This document shows positions 10,929 to 20,156 of a stretch of DNA of 64,000 bases, piece by piece. The notes under the pieces were generated by a model, which did no database searches, had not been told where the DNA came from, and saw nothing but the letters and a program-made list of their open reading frames with translations. Made by a program: the position numbers and the translations under genes. The DNA is from an uncultured delta proteobacterium (GTDB lineage Bacteria > Desulfobacterota > Binatia > UBA9968): assembly GCA_963847445.1 (NCBI GenBank), contig CAWJZV010000045.1, positions 32,001-96,000 of the forward strand. The letters are read 5' to 3'. Positions within the stretch are counted from its first letter, which is position 1. Each line of letters opens with the position of its first letter.

Positions 10929-12104
10929 ATGAACGGTTGTTTAGATGGCATCAAAGTTCTGGAATTGGGCAATTTTATTTCCGGGCCCTACGGCGCGATG
11001 TTGCTCGCCGACATGGGCGCGGAGGTGATTAAAGTCGAGAATCCCAAGGGCGGCGATCCCTTTCGCGGCTGGGACCTGGGCGGCGATGAGCCGAACTTCT
11101 GGGCGTACAATCGCGGCAAGCGCAGCATCACGCTCAATCTGCAGACTCCCGAGGGCAAAGAAATCTTTCTAGCTTTGGCCAAGACTGCCGACGTAGTTCT
11201 CGACAACTATCGGCCCGGGGTCATGAAAAAGCTTGGCATCGATTACGACACCGTGAGCAAGACCAATCCGGGGGTGATCTATCTTTCGATCACCGGCACC
11301 GGACCGACCGGACCTTACGTCAAGCGGCCGGCTTATGACACCGTCGGCCAAGGGCTGGGCGGCATGCTGAGCTTGCTGATGGACGCGCAGAATCCCCGGC
11401 CCCTCGGTCCCAATTACGCCGACAGTTTGAGCGGCATGTTCGCTACCATCGGCGTGCTCGGCGCCATCGCCGCGCGGGCGAAGACCGGCAAGGGCCAGCA
11501 AGTCGATACCACGATGGCCGGTTCCGTCCTGGCGTTTTTGATCGCTCCGGCGACCGATTCACTTGCCACTGGAAAGATTCCCGGTCCCTACACCCGGCCG
11601 ATGCAGTCGCAGACCTACGCGTTCACCGGTTCCGATGGCGCCATGTTCGCGATTCATCTTTCCTCGCCGGAGAAATTCTGGGAAGGATTATGCAAAGCCG
11701 CCGGCCATGCGGAACTGATCGACGACCCGCGCTTCAACACGCGGCCCAACCGGCGCAAGAACTACGACGATCTCGCCAAAACCTTCGGCGAGTTCTTCAA
11801 AGAAAAACCGCGCGCTCACTGGATGGCACGGCTCGAAGCCGAGGACGTGCCGCACACGCCGGTCTACAACATGCAGGAAGTTTTCCAAGACCCGCAGATC
11901 AAACATATGGGCTTGGAGATCGAGATCGAACGCAAAGACAAGCCGAACATTCGCACAGTGGCGTTCCCGAACCAGTATAGCGACAGCAAGAATCCCCACC
12001 CGTTGCCGCCGCCGGAGTTGGGCGAACACAACGCTGAGTACTTGAAGCCGCTGGGTTATACCGACCAGCAGATCGCCGAGTTCAAGGAGAAGGGAATCAT
12101 TTGA
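10929..12104 (+). CDS. CoA-transferase family III (CaiB/BaiF), paralog 2
   Basis: Same motifs as 8914-10089 and visibly similar along its whole length. Confidence 0.93.
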   Translation: MNGCLDGIKVLELGNFISGPYGAMLLADMGAEVIKVENPKGGDPFRGWDLGGDEPNFWAYNRGKRSITLNLQTPEGKEIFLALAKTADVVLDNYRPGVMKKLGIDYDTVSKTNPGVIYLSITGTGPTGPYVKRPAYDTVGQGLGGMLSLLMDAQNPRPLGPNYADSLSGMFATIGVLGAIAARAKTGKGQQVDTTMAGSVLAFLIAPATDSLATGKIPGPYTRPMQSQTYAFTGSDGAMFAIHLSSPEKFWEGLCKAAGHAELIDDPRFNTRPNRRKNYDDLAKTFGEFFKEKPRAHWMARLEAEDVPHTPVYNMQEVFQDPQIKHMGLEIEIERKDKPNIRTVAFPNQYSDSKNPHPLPPPELGEHNAEYLKPLGYTDQQIAEFKEKGII

Positions 12105-12187
12105 GGGCGCTTTCTCGCGGAGAGGCGGGGAAGCGACTCTGGTTTGCTTGGATCGCCGCAAGCGATGGGTTGTGGTATATTGCCGGC

Positions 12188-12430
12188 ATGGATTCGGAGT
12201 TGAAGATGTCATTACCTGAACCACTGATCACCATGTCGCCTGATCGCATGAGCGGTGCACCCGTGTTTGCTGGCACGAGAGTTCCGGTACAGACCCTCAT
12301 CGAATATCTCGAAGCGAACGACTCGCTCAACGATTTCCTGGAAGACTTTCCCAGTGTGTCGCGGGAGCACGCCATTGCCGTTTTGGAGCTTGCTAAAACC
12401 GCGTTGCTAGCGAAAGCCGCCGCGGCGTAA
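12188..12430 (+). CDS. DUF433 antitoxin-like protein
   Basis: PDRMSGAPVFAGTRVPVQTLIEYLE...FLEDFPSVSRE signature. Confidence 0.88.
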   Translation: MDSELKMSLPEPLITMSPDRMSGAPVFAGTRVPVQTLIEYLEANDSLNDFLEDFPSVSREHAIAVLELAKTALLAKAAAA

Positions 12431-12446
12431 TTGCCTTGGAGCCAGC

Positions 12447-12782
12447 GTGCGAGTTCTTCTCGATAGCTGCGTGCCTAGAAAGCTTGCCCGCGAAATATCC
12501 GCACACGAAGTCCGGACTGCGCCACAATTGGGTTGGGGAGATCTCGACGATGGCCCGTTACTGACGGCCATCAGCGGTGGGTTCGATGCTTTCATCACCG
12601 TCGACAAGAGTCTGAGACATCAGCAAAACCTTAGCAGCCGTTTATTCGGTGTGATTATTCTGCGTGCTAAGACAAATAGACTCTTGGATCTGCTCCCGCT
12701 TGTGCCTGAGCTACGGGCGGTTCTAGATGAAATTCAACCTGGCGAGGTTCGTGAGATTGGAATCATTGACGATTCAAAATGA
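12447..12782 (+). CDS. DUF5615 PIN-like toxin
   Basis: MRVLLDSCVP...GWGDLDDGPLL...FITVDKSL; directly follows DUF433. Confidence 0.85.
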   Translation: MRVLLDSCVPRKLAREISAHEVRTAPQLGWGDLDDGPLLTAISGGFDAFITVDKSLRHQQNLSSRLFGVIILRAKTNRLLDLLPLVPELRAVLDEIQPGEVREIGIIDDSK

Positions 12783-12797
12783 TACTCTATTACCATC

Positions 12798-12881
12798 ATG
12801 AATCGACTTGCCGAGCGACCTTCGTTTCAGCGCGTGCTTCAGGAAGCAGCGCCTTATCTAGCGGCGTTCAATAAGAAGTAG
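12798..12881 (+). pseudogene. Possible C-terminal remnant of a glutathione S-transferase
   Basis: MNRLAERPSFQRVLQEAAPYLAAFNKK* resembles the GST C-terminal RL.ARPSF.RV..EA.PY pattern; no N-terminal part is present. Confidence 0.45.
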
Positions 12882-12901
12882 AACCGCCGTATGACGGGTT
12901 A

Positions 12902-14080
12902 ATGATCGATTACGACGTAGCAGTGATCGGCGCTGGCGCCGCCGGCTTGATGTGCGCCATCGAGGCGGGCAAGCGCGGCCGGCGCGTTCTCGTCATCGAA
13001 CATAGTGACCGCGTCGGCAAGAAAATTCTCATCTCCGGCGGCGGACGCTGTAACTTCACCAACCTCAACGTCACGCCGGACAATTTTCTCTCGGCCAATC
13101 CGCACTTCTGCAAGTCCGCGCTGGCGCGCTACACGCAGTGGGATTTTATCGCCATGGTGGAGCGTCATGGCATCGCCCATCACGAAAAGGAGCTGGGCCA
13201 GTTGTTCTGCGATCAATCGGCGCGCCAGATCGTCAAGCTGCTGACCGACGAATGCAGCCAGGCGGGCGTGCGAATAGCGACCGATTGCACTGTGAACAGC
13301 GTGGAGCGCGGCGCCGCGGGGTTTGTCATCAAGAGCAATCGCGGCTCATTCGCAGCGGTGTCTTTGGTGGTTGCTTGTGGCGGCCTGTCGGTGCCGAAGA
13401 TGGGCGCCAGCGGATTTGGCTACGAACTCGCCAAGCGATTCGGCCACGGCATCGTGCCGACACGCGCCGGTCTGGTGCCGTTGGTTTTCAGCGCGGACGA
13501 TCTGGTGCGGTATAAAGATCTGTCCGGTGTTGCCCTGCCTGTACAGGTCGAGTGTCGCGGGCAAAGTTTCGCCAACGCGTTGTTGTTCACCCATCGCGGC
13601 ATCAGCGGTCCGGCGATTTTGCAAATCTCGTCTTATTGGCAGCCGGGCGATGACCTGACGATTAATTTTCTGCCGTTGACCGATGCCGACGCTTGGCTGA
13701 AAGGGCGACAGTCCGCGCGACCGGACGCGGAGTTGAAAACCGTGCTTGGCGAATTCCTGCCGAAACGCCTGGCGCAACGGTTGTGCGAGATCGAACTGGG
13801 CAGCCGGCCGCTGCGCCAATATTCCCAGCGCGACATGCGGGCGATCTGCGAGCGGCTGCAAAGTTGGCGCTTTCGGCCGAACGAAACCGAAGGCTATCGG
13901 ACCGCGGAGGTCACCCTCGGCGGCGTCAACACCGACGAACTCTCATCGACTACGATGGAGTCGAAGATCGTTGCCGGCCTATATTTCATCGGCGAAGTCG
14001 TCGATGTCACCGGCCATCTTGGCGGTTTCAATTTCCAGTGGGCCTGGTCGTCGGGTCATGCGGCCGGTCAGGTGGTGTAG
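12902..14080 (+). CDS. NAD(P)/FAD-dependent oxidoreductase, HI0933/YhiN (BaiN) family
   Basis: GAGAAG, GKKILISGGGRCNFTN, LFTHRGISGPAIL, AEVTLGGV, GGFNFQWAWSSG. Confidence 0.93.
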   Translation: MIDYDVAVIGAGAAGLMCAIEAGKRGRRVLVIEHSDRVGKKILISGGGRCNFTNLNVTPDNFLSANPHFCKSALARYTQWDFIAMVERHGIAHHEKELGQLFCDQSARQIVKLLTDECSQAGVRIATDCTVNSVERGAAGFVIKSNRGSFAAVSLVVACGGLSVPKMGASGFGYELAKRFGHGIVPTRAGLVPLVFSADDLVRYKDLSGVALPVQVECRGQSFANALLFTHRGISGPAILQISSYWQPGDDLTINFLPLTDADAWLKGRQSARPDAELKTVLGEFLPKRLAQRLCEIELGSRPLRQYSQRDMRAICERLQSWRFRPNETEGYRTAEVTLGGVNTDELSSTTMESKIVAGLYFIGEVVDVTGHLGGFNFQWAWSSGHAAGQVV

Positions 14081-14164
14081 ATTGCACCGGCAAAATCGCT
14101 TTAAGCGCGCTAGCTGCACAGTCACGATGAGCGTATGTAACGATTCATCAGAACGGAGGAGTCC

Positions 14165-14635
14165 ATGGAGATACCGATCAGAAAGGCCGTTTTCGACGAT
14201 GCGGCCGGGATCGCAAAATTGCTGCAAGGCATAGGATGGTTCGAGGCGTTCAGCAGCCGGGAGTTCAAGGACTCGGTCACGCGAGTTGAAGGCCGGCTTC
14301 GGCAATGTCTCGCCGACGATAGTCACTCCATCTACGTCGCCGAATCGCCCCATGGCGAGATCGCTGGCTATGGTTCGGTGCACTGGCTGCCGTATCTTTT
14401 CATGGCCGGGCCAGAGGGTTATGTTTCTGAATTATTCGTTCGGGATGACGCGCGCGGACAAGGGGTGGGCCGCCAACTGCTCAGAATCATCGAGGTCGAA
14501 GCACGGGCGCGCGGCTGTCAACGGCTCTCCCTGATTAACCTGCGCAACCGCGAATCCTACCAGCGGCAGTTTTATCTTAAAGCCGGCTGGAGCGAACGCA
14601 GTGAAGCGGCGAACTTCGTATATACGATTTCCTAA
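14165..14635 (+). CDS. GNAT family N-acetyltransferase
   Basis: VSELFVRDDARGQGVGRQLL acetyl-CoA motif; FYLKAGW. Confidence 0.88.
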   Translation: MEIPIRKAVFDDAAGIAKLLQGIGWFEAFSSREFKDSVTRVEGRLRQCLADDSHSIYVAESPHGEIAGYGSVHWLPYLFMAGPEGYVSELFVRDDARGQGVGRQLLRIIEVEARARGCQRLSLINLRNRESYQRQFYLKAGWSERSEAANFVYTIS

Positions 14636-14648
14636 GCTACGCGCTTCG

Positions 14649-15374
14649 TTAGCTGATTGCCAATTCTCTTCCGAGGAAACTCGCCATCAGGCCCCACGCT
14701 TGTTCGGCTAATGCCGGATCGTAGCAGTCGCCGTCGGCCATGGCGAAGCCGTGACCGGCACGGTGGAAGAAGTGCCAGTCCAATGGCTGGCCGTTGGCTT
14801 GGAAGCTCGCCATTAGTTTTTGCTGCACCGGAATGCTGGCGACATGATCCTTGCCGCCGAGGAAGATTTGCGAAGGGCATTTGAAATCTTTGACCGCGTC
14901 GTTGGGATGACGCGGCCGGAGTTTGCTCGGCTCTTCATCGCGCACCGACGGATAGTAACCGACGAAGGCGCGCGCGCTCGGCGTCGCGGCGACGAAGTGA
15001 ATGCCGATGCGGCCGCCCATGCAGTAGCCGACCACGGCGCAGCGCTTGGCGTCCACCTCCGGTCTGCTGGTGAGATAATTCCAAGAGCGGGTGAGGATCT
15101 CGATGAACTGACCGTCGGTGGTGGTCTTTTGTGCTTCATGCACGCCATCGGCGGCGCCGAGCATCTTATATAAGTCCGGAACGATCGTCGTGTAGCCGAG
15201 CTTGGCGTAGTCGCAGACTTTGACTTTCATGTTGCCGGTGCAGCCATAGTGATGGTGCACGATCATGATGCCGGGACCGGGCTCTTTGCGGTCGGGATGG
15301 GCGAGATAACCGGGCACGCCGTCTTTGTTCATGTCTAAATCGCGATTGACAATTTTCATTGATTTATCCTCCAA
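14649..15374 (-). CDS. Dienelactone hydrolase family protein
   Basis: GYLAHP, GYCMGG, YYP, AGHGF. Confidence 0.85.
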   Translation of the reverse strand: MEDKSMKIVNRDLDMNKDGVPGYLAHPDRKEPGPGIMIVHHHYGCTGNMKVKVCDYAKLGYTTIVPDLYKMLGAADGVHEAQKTTTDGQFIEILTRSWNYLTSRPEVDAKRCAVVGYCMGGRIGIHFVAATPSARAFVGYYPSVRDEEPSKLRPRHPNDAVKDFKCPSQIFLGGKDHVASIPVQQKLMASFQANGQPLDWHFFHRAGHGFAMADGDCYDPALAEQAWGLMASFLGRELAIS

Positions 15375-15411
15375 TTTATTTAGCTATTGCGGGTTTCCAG
15401 TGAAGAAGAAT

Positions 15412-15495
15412 TCACCACAGAGGCACAGAGTTGAGAGTTCGGAGTATTTTTAAATCACAAAGTGGTTACTCTGCGCCCTCTGCGTCTCCGCGGTG
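15412..15495. repeat. CACCRCAGAG...CTCTGCG inverted intergenic repeat (family also at 28454-28543)
   Basis: TTCACCACAGAGGCACAGAG ... CTCTGCGCCCTCTGCGTCTCCGCGGTG. Confidence 0.6.
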
Positions 15496-15537
15496 CAATC
15501 TCCGAGCCGTGCTTCACAGGAAAGCCTGAAAACCCAT

Positions 15538-16377
15538 TTAATTCGGCAGCGGCCAGCGTAACCATTCGGCCAGACCGCGGCCCATGATCCATTCCAACTC
15601 GGTCGACGATAGCGACTTCATTTCTTCGGTGAACAACGTCACCACTTGTTTATACGGACAGGGCAGGTGGGACAAATCGGTGCCCCAGAAGCAGCGCTGC
15701 GGACCGAAAGCATCGACGACGCGGCGCACCAGCGGGTGCAGGGTTGGGAAAGGATACGCCTCGTTGACGTAACATGGCAGCGCGGAGACTTTAACCGCGA
15801 GGTTCTTGTGGCGCGCGAGTTTGATCACGGTATCGACCGACGGGTCAAGCGGTTTGCCGCGCAGCACTGAATTCAGCCCCATGTGATCGACGATCAAGCG
15901 CAGCCCCGGATGGCGTTCGGCGACTTCGCCGAGCTTGGGCACATCGGCCGGTGCCAATGTCATCACCGGAATGTCGTATTTCTCAGCGGCATCCCAGAAC
16001 CAGTCGGCGGTGCCATCGTTCAACCACTGCGCCGACTGGCCGCGGTTGAAAACCATGCGGATACCCAACATGAACGGTTGTTGTTTCCAGGCGGCCATCA
16101 ACGCCGGGCCGTTGGGATTGGTCAACGCGAGTTTGCCCATGACGCGGAAGCGCTCGGGGTGGAGCCGCGCCGCTTCCAGCGAAGTATCGTTGCGGTCGGC
16201 TTCCCAGGTGGGCGGCACGAGAATGCAACGCGATACACCGGCGCCGTCCATCTCGCGCAACAGTTCGTCGTGACCGAGGGGCTGGGCGCGATGGGGCGGC
16301 GAGGCGTTTTCCTTGGCGTAAGGCTTGTCCGGTGTCTCTGGAGCCCAGATATGAACTTGTGAGTCGATGATAAACAT
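15538..16377 (-). CDS. Amidohydrolase family protein (Amidohydro_2)
   Basis: IIDSQVHIW, GIR, IVDHMG, VKVS, FGPQRCFWGTD. Confidence 0.88.
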   Translation of the reverse strand: MFIIDSQVHIWAPETPDKPYAKENASPPHRAQPLGHDELLREMDGAGVSRCILVPPTWEADRNDTSLEAARLHPERFRVMGKLALTNPNGPALMAAWKQQPFMLGIRMVFNRGQSAQWLNDGTADWFWDAAEKYDIPVMTLAPADVPKLGEVAERHPGLRLIVDHMGLNSVLRGKPLDPSVDTVIKLARHKNLAVKVSALPCYVNEAYPFPTLHPLVRRVVDAFGPQRCFWGTDLSHLPCPYKQVVTLFTEEMKSLSSTELEWIMGRGLAEWLRWPLPN

Positions 16378-16458
16378 CGGCGGATATCCTCGTTTGAATT
16401 GCGTAATAGCGACGATACGGACGTGATAGTCCAGTTTCTGCTCATACGTCAAGGAGGA

Positions 16459-16483
16459 GGGCGGGTTTAAAACCCGCCCCTAC
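16459..16483. repeat. GTAG-type REP palindrome
   Basis: GGGCGGGTTTAAAACCCGCCCCTAC: hairpin ending in CTAC. Confidence 0.65.
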
Positions 16484-16527
16484 GATGATCGTTGCCGTGG
16501 CCTGTTTGCCGGTACGCCCAGCGCACC

Positions 16528-17964
16528 CTATGGATTCGGAGAAATGCGAGCAAGAACTTTTTCCGCCGCCTCTTCGCCGGTGCGGACGCAGTCGGAGATG
16601 CCGACGCCATGGTAGGCGCTGCCGGCGAGGGTGAGGGTAGGGAACGATTGCAATGCGCCGTCAATTCGTTTCACCCGGGCTTCGTGGCCGACATGGTATT
16701 GCGGCATCGAATTGGCGTGGCGCCAGATGCGCGAAAATATCGGTGTGGCGGTGATGCCGAGCAGGCCCGCCAGTTCGCCTCGGACGCTGCTCTCCATCTC
16801 GCCGTCACTTGCGGCAAATAGTTCAGGCTGCAAGCTGCCGCCGACGAAAGCGCGCAGGAGAATCTTATCCTCGGGCGCGCGGCCGGGATATTTCAGGCTG
16901 CTGAATGTGCAGGCCATGATCTTACGTCTCTCGATGGCCGGCACGACGAAGCCAAAACTGTTCGGCGCTTGGGGAAAATCTTCGCGGCGGTAGGCGAGGC
17001 TGACGGTGGCGGTGGAAGCGTAGGAGATCGATTTCAATTCGCCGGCGGCATTACTGTCGATGGGGCTCAGCAAATCGCCGGCACGAAAAGCGGGGGTGGC
17101 GAGAACTACCGCGTCGGCGGCGATGACATGATTATCGCCGGCGGTAACCTGCCAGCTCTTTCCGTTGGGGCCAAGCTTCAGTTGTTTAGCCGCGCAGTTC
17201 AATCGCACGCTGCCGTCGGGCAGACGCTCGGCGAGCGTGTCGACGAGTTCCTGCATGCCGCCGGCGAGGGTGACGAATAGACTCCAACGCGCGCCGCTGC
17301 CGGTTTCAGCTGATGTCGCACTTTTGGCGCGCTGGCGCTGGGCCGACCACATGGCGTAGATGACGCTGCGGCGATCGCGTTCCATTTCTTTGAAGCGCGG
17401 CATGGTGGCGCCGAGGCTGAGCCTATCGGGATCGGCGGCGTAGATGCCGCCGACCAGCGGTTGAGCGACCCGTTCCAAGGCTTCGTTGCCGAAACGGCGG
17501 CGCACGAAGGCGCCTAGGCTTTCGTCGTCGGACAATTCGCCGCGCGGTAAAAGCAGCTCGCCCGCCATGCGCAGCTTGCCCGGCCAGGAAAACAGCGGGG
17601 TTTGGATAAACGGCCAGAGGCGCGTCGGCGCGAGCAGGAAGAATCCTTCGGGAAGCGCGACCAGTTGGCCGTTGTGAACGATAAATATTTTTTGATAGGC
17701 CGACTGTGTTGAAACCAGCCGATGGGTTAGACCGATCCGCTCGCATAACTTGAGCGCCCAAGGCTTCTCGGTGATGAACGAATCGGGGCCGGCTTCGACG
17801 AGAAACTCGCCGACGCGCTCGGTAGCGATGGAACCGCCGAGGCGTCCGGATGCTTCGAGCAGTGTAACGTCGATGCTGAGCGAATTCGTGCCGGCAAGTT
17901 CAGTGAGGCGGTGAGCGGCGGCGAGTCCGGCGATGCCGCCGCCGATGACGACTATTCGTTGCAT
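16528..17964 (-). CDS. hemY: Protoporphyrinogen/coproporphyrinogen oxidase (HemY type)
   Basis: GGGIAGLAAA, EAGPDSF, GGIYAADP, GGMQ, MPQYHVGH, GVGISDC; follows hemE and hemH. Confidence 0.92.
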   Translation of the reverse strand: MQRIVVIGGGIAGLAAAHRLTELAGTNSLSIDVTLLEASGRLGGSIATERVGEFLVEAGPDSFITEKPWALKLCERIGLTHRLVSTQSAYQKIFIVHNGQLVALPEGFFLLAPTRLWPFIQTPLFSWPGKLRMAGELLLPRGELSDDESLGAFVRRRFGNEALERVAQPLVGGIYAADPDRLSLGATMPRFKEMERDRRSVIYAMWSAQRQRAKSATSAETGSGARWSLFVTLAGGMQELVDTLAERLPDGSVRLNCAAKQLKLGPNGKSWQVTAGDNHVIAADAVVLATPAFRAGDLLSPIDSNAAGELKSISYASTATVSLAYRREDFPQAPNSFGFVVPAIERRKIMACTFSSLKYPGRAPEDKILLRAFVGGSLQPELFAASDGEMESSVRGELAGLLGITATPIFSRIWRHANSMPQYHVGHEARVKRIDGALQSFPTLTLAGSAYHGVGISDCVRTGEEAAEKVLARISPNP

Positions 17965-18020
17965 CAAAATACCGGTCGAGGATGGATGATTGAGGATCGA
18001 GGATTGCGATCGTCCATCTT

Positions 18021-18962
18021 CTATCCTCTATTATCCTCGACGGATTTGATCTTGGCGGCAATTAAATCCGCGATCATGCGCACGAACGTCGGATGGTCAT
18101 TGGGACAGCCAGCGCGGATCAGTTCGACCCCCAGATCGTTGGCGATTTTTTTCGCTTCGATGTCTAAGTCATAGAGCACTTCGACATGATCGCAGACAAA
18201 GCCGATGGGCGCGACGATGATTTGCTTTTCGCCCCGCAGCCGCCAAGTCGCGGATCGCCTGGCCGATATCCGGTTCGAGCCAGGGATCGCCCGGTCTGCC
18301 GCTGCGGCTTTGATAAGCGAGCGACCATTGCGGGTGGCTTAGCTTGGTCGCGATGAGCTGGGCGCTCGTGGTTAGTTGTTCGACGTAAGCGAGAGCGACC
18401 GGCCATGGCCGTCGGCAAACTGTGGGCGGTGAAAATCAACGGTGTGCTCTGTCGCCGGTCAGCGTGGATTCCCTTCGTTCGCCGTTTGAATCAGCTCCGT
18501 CCAGCTTTGAATAAATAGCGGATGGTCATGCCAGCCGTCGCAATAATCGACTTCGGGTGCGCTGCCGCCCAGCTCCGCGCGGGCGTCGGCGATATTTTCC
18601 TGATAGCGCTCCCAGCTCGCTGCGCTGCGATGTGACGAAAGAATGAATCCGAGGGCGCGCGTGACGCCGGCGGCTGCCATCTGTGCCAACGTATCGACGA
18701 AGAAAGGCGCCGCATTGCGCATGCCGACGTATACCGGCAGCCTGTTGTTCAGGAAATTCTTCAATGCGTTTGCCTGACGAAAGGTGATTTCGTTGAGCGG
18801 CGATTTGCCGCCGACCGCTTCGTAGTGGCGGGCAACTTCCTCAAGACGCGCCGCTGGGATCGGAATGCCTTTGGTTACGCGGGCGAGAAAGGGGCGAATT
18901 TCTTCAAGGCAAGTAGGGCCGCCGAAAGCGATGAGCAGGATGGCCTGGTACGGGTGCGGCAT
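18021..18962 (-). CDS. hemH: Ferrochelatase (frameshifts at ~18470 and ~18240)
   Basis: [37 protein letters not shown]...[22 protein letters not shown] across three frames; stop TAG at 18021-18023. Confidence 0.88.
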
Positions 18963-18970
18963 CGGGGTCA

Positions 18971-19060
18971 ATGGAGTGATGGAGTGCTGGAGTATTGGAG
19001 TGTTGGGACGGACGGGGAGTTCTGCGAATTTAACATCACTCCATCACTCCAGTACTCCAT
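18971..19060. repeat. GGAGTRAT tandem/inverted repeat between hemE and hemH
   Basis: ATGGAGTGATGGAGTGCTGGAGTATTGGAGTGTTGG ... CATCACTCCATCACTCCAGTACTCCAT. Confidence 0.75.
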
Positions 19061-19076
19061 GTTTCCAACTCTTCTT

Positions 19077-20111
19077 CTACCTTGCGCTCAGTTCGTGCAC
19101 GGCGTCGACCATGGCGATCACATGATCGACCGGAGTTTCCGGCAGGACGCCGTGGCCGAGATTGAAAATATGGCCGGGACGGCCGGCGGCGCGGCGCAGG
19201 ATCTCAGCCACTCGGTTTTTGATTTCCTTCGGCGCAGCGAATAGCGCGACCGGATCGAGGTTGCCTTGGACGGCGACGTCGTGGCCGACGGTGGCCCAAC
19301 CTTCGTCAAGATTGACACGCCAGTCCAGGCCGATGACATCGCCGCCGGCGGCACGGATATTCTTCAGCAAACCGCTGGTGCCGGTGCTGAAGTTGATCAC
19401 CGGCACACCGGGAGTGACCGCGTCGATCACCGCTTTGGTGTAGGGTTGAACAAATTGCTCGTAGTCGGATGGCGTCAGACAGCCGGCCCAGCTATCGAAG
19501 ATCTGCACAGCTTGGGCGCCGGCGGCGATCTGGCAATTCAAATACTCGCCGATGAGTTTCGCCAGCCGTTCCATCAGGCGCTTCCACGCTTCCGGCGCGC
19601 CATAAAAAAGCTTCTTGGTATGGACATAGTTGCGCGAGCCGCTGCCTTCGATCAAGTAGGACGCCAGGGTGAACGGCGCGCCGGCAAAGCCGATGAGCGG
19701 CACTTTGTTGTGCAATTCCTTGCGAATCTTTTTGACCGACTCGTAGACGTAGGCGAGTTCGCTCTCGACCTTGAAATCTATCAAGCCGTCGACATCCTTG
19801 CCGCTGCGCACCGGCCGATGGATCACCGGGCCATCGCCTTTGGAGTATTCCAGGCCGACGCCCATCGGTTCGAGGATCAACAGGATATCGGCGAACAATA
19901 TCGCCGCGTCGACGTTCAACTTCTCCACTGGCGTGACCGTGATCTCGGTGGCGAGATCGGGCTTCTTGCACAGTTCGAGAAAGCCATGTTGGGCGCGCAG
20001 CTTGCGGTATTCTTCCATGTAACGGCCGGCCTGGCGCATGAGCCAGACCGGAGTGAATGAAGTCGGTTCGCGCCGGCAGGCGGCAAGAAAAGGATGATTC
20101 GTAGTAGCCAT
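19077..20111 (-). CDS. hemE: Uroporphyrinogen decarboxylase
   Basis: PVWLMRQAGRYM, DAAILFADIL, IGFAGAPFTLASY, QGNLDP, NLGHG. Confidence 0.96.
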   Translation of the reverse strand: MATTNHPFLAACRREPTSFTPVWLMRQAGRYMEEYRKLRAQHGFLELCKKPDLATEITVTPVEKLNVDAAILFADILLILEPMGVGLEYSKGDGPVIHRPVRSGKDVDGLIDFKVESELAYVYESVKKIRKELHNKVPLIGFAGAPFTLASYLIEGSGSRNYVHTKKLFYGAPEAWKRLMERLAKLIGEYLNCQIAAGAQAVQIFDSWAGCLTPSDYEQFVQPYTKAVIDAVTPGVPVINFSTGTSGLLKNIRAAGGDVIGLDWRVNLDEGWATVGHDVAVQGNLDPVALFAAPKEIKNRVAEILRRAAGRPGHIFNLGHGVLPETPVDHVIAMVDAVHELSAR

Positions 20112-20156
20112 GATGTTCGTCGAGATGGAAAACAGTATGAAGCTTTAGCGGCAAAA

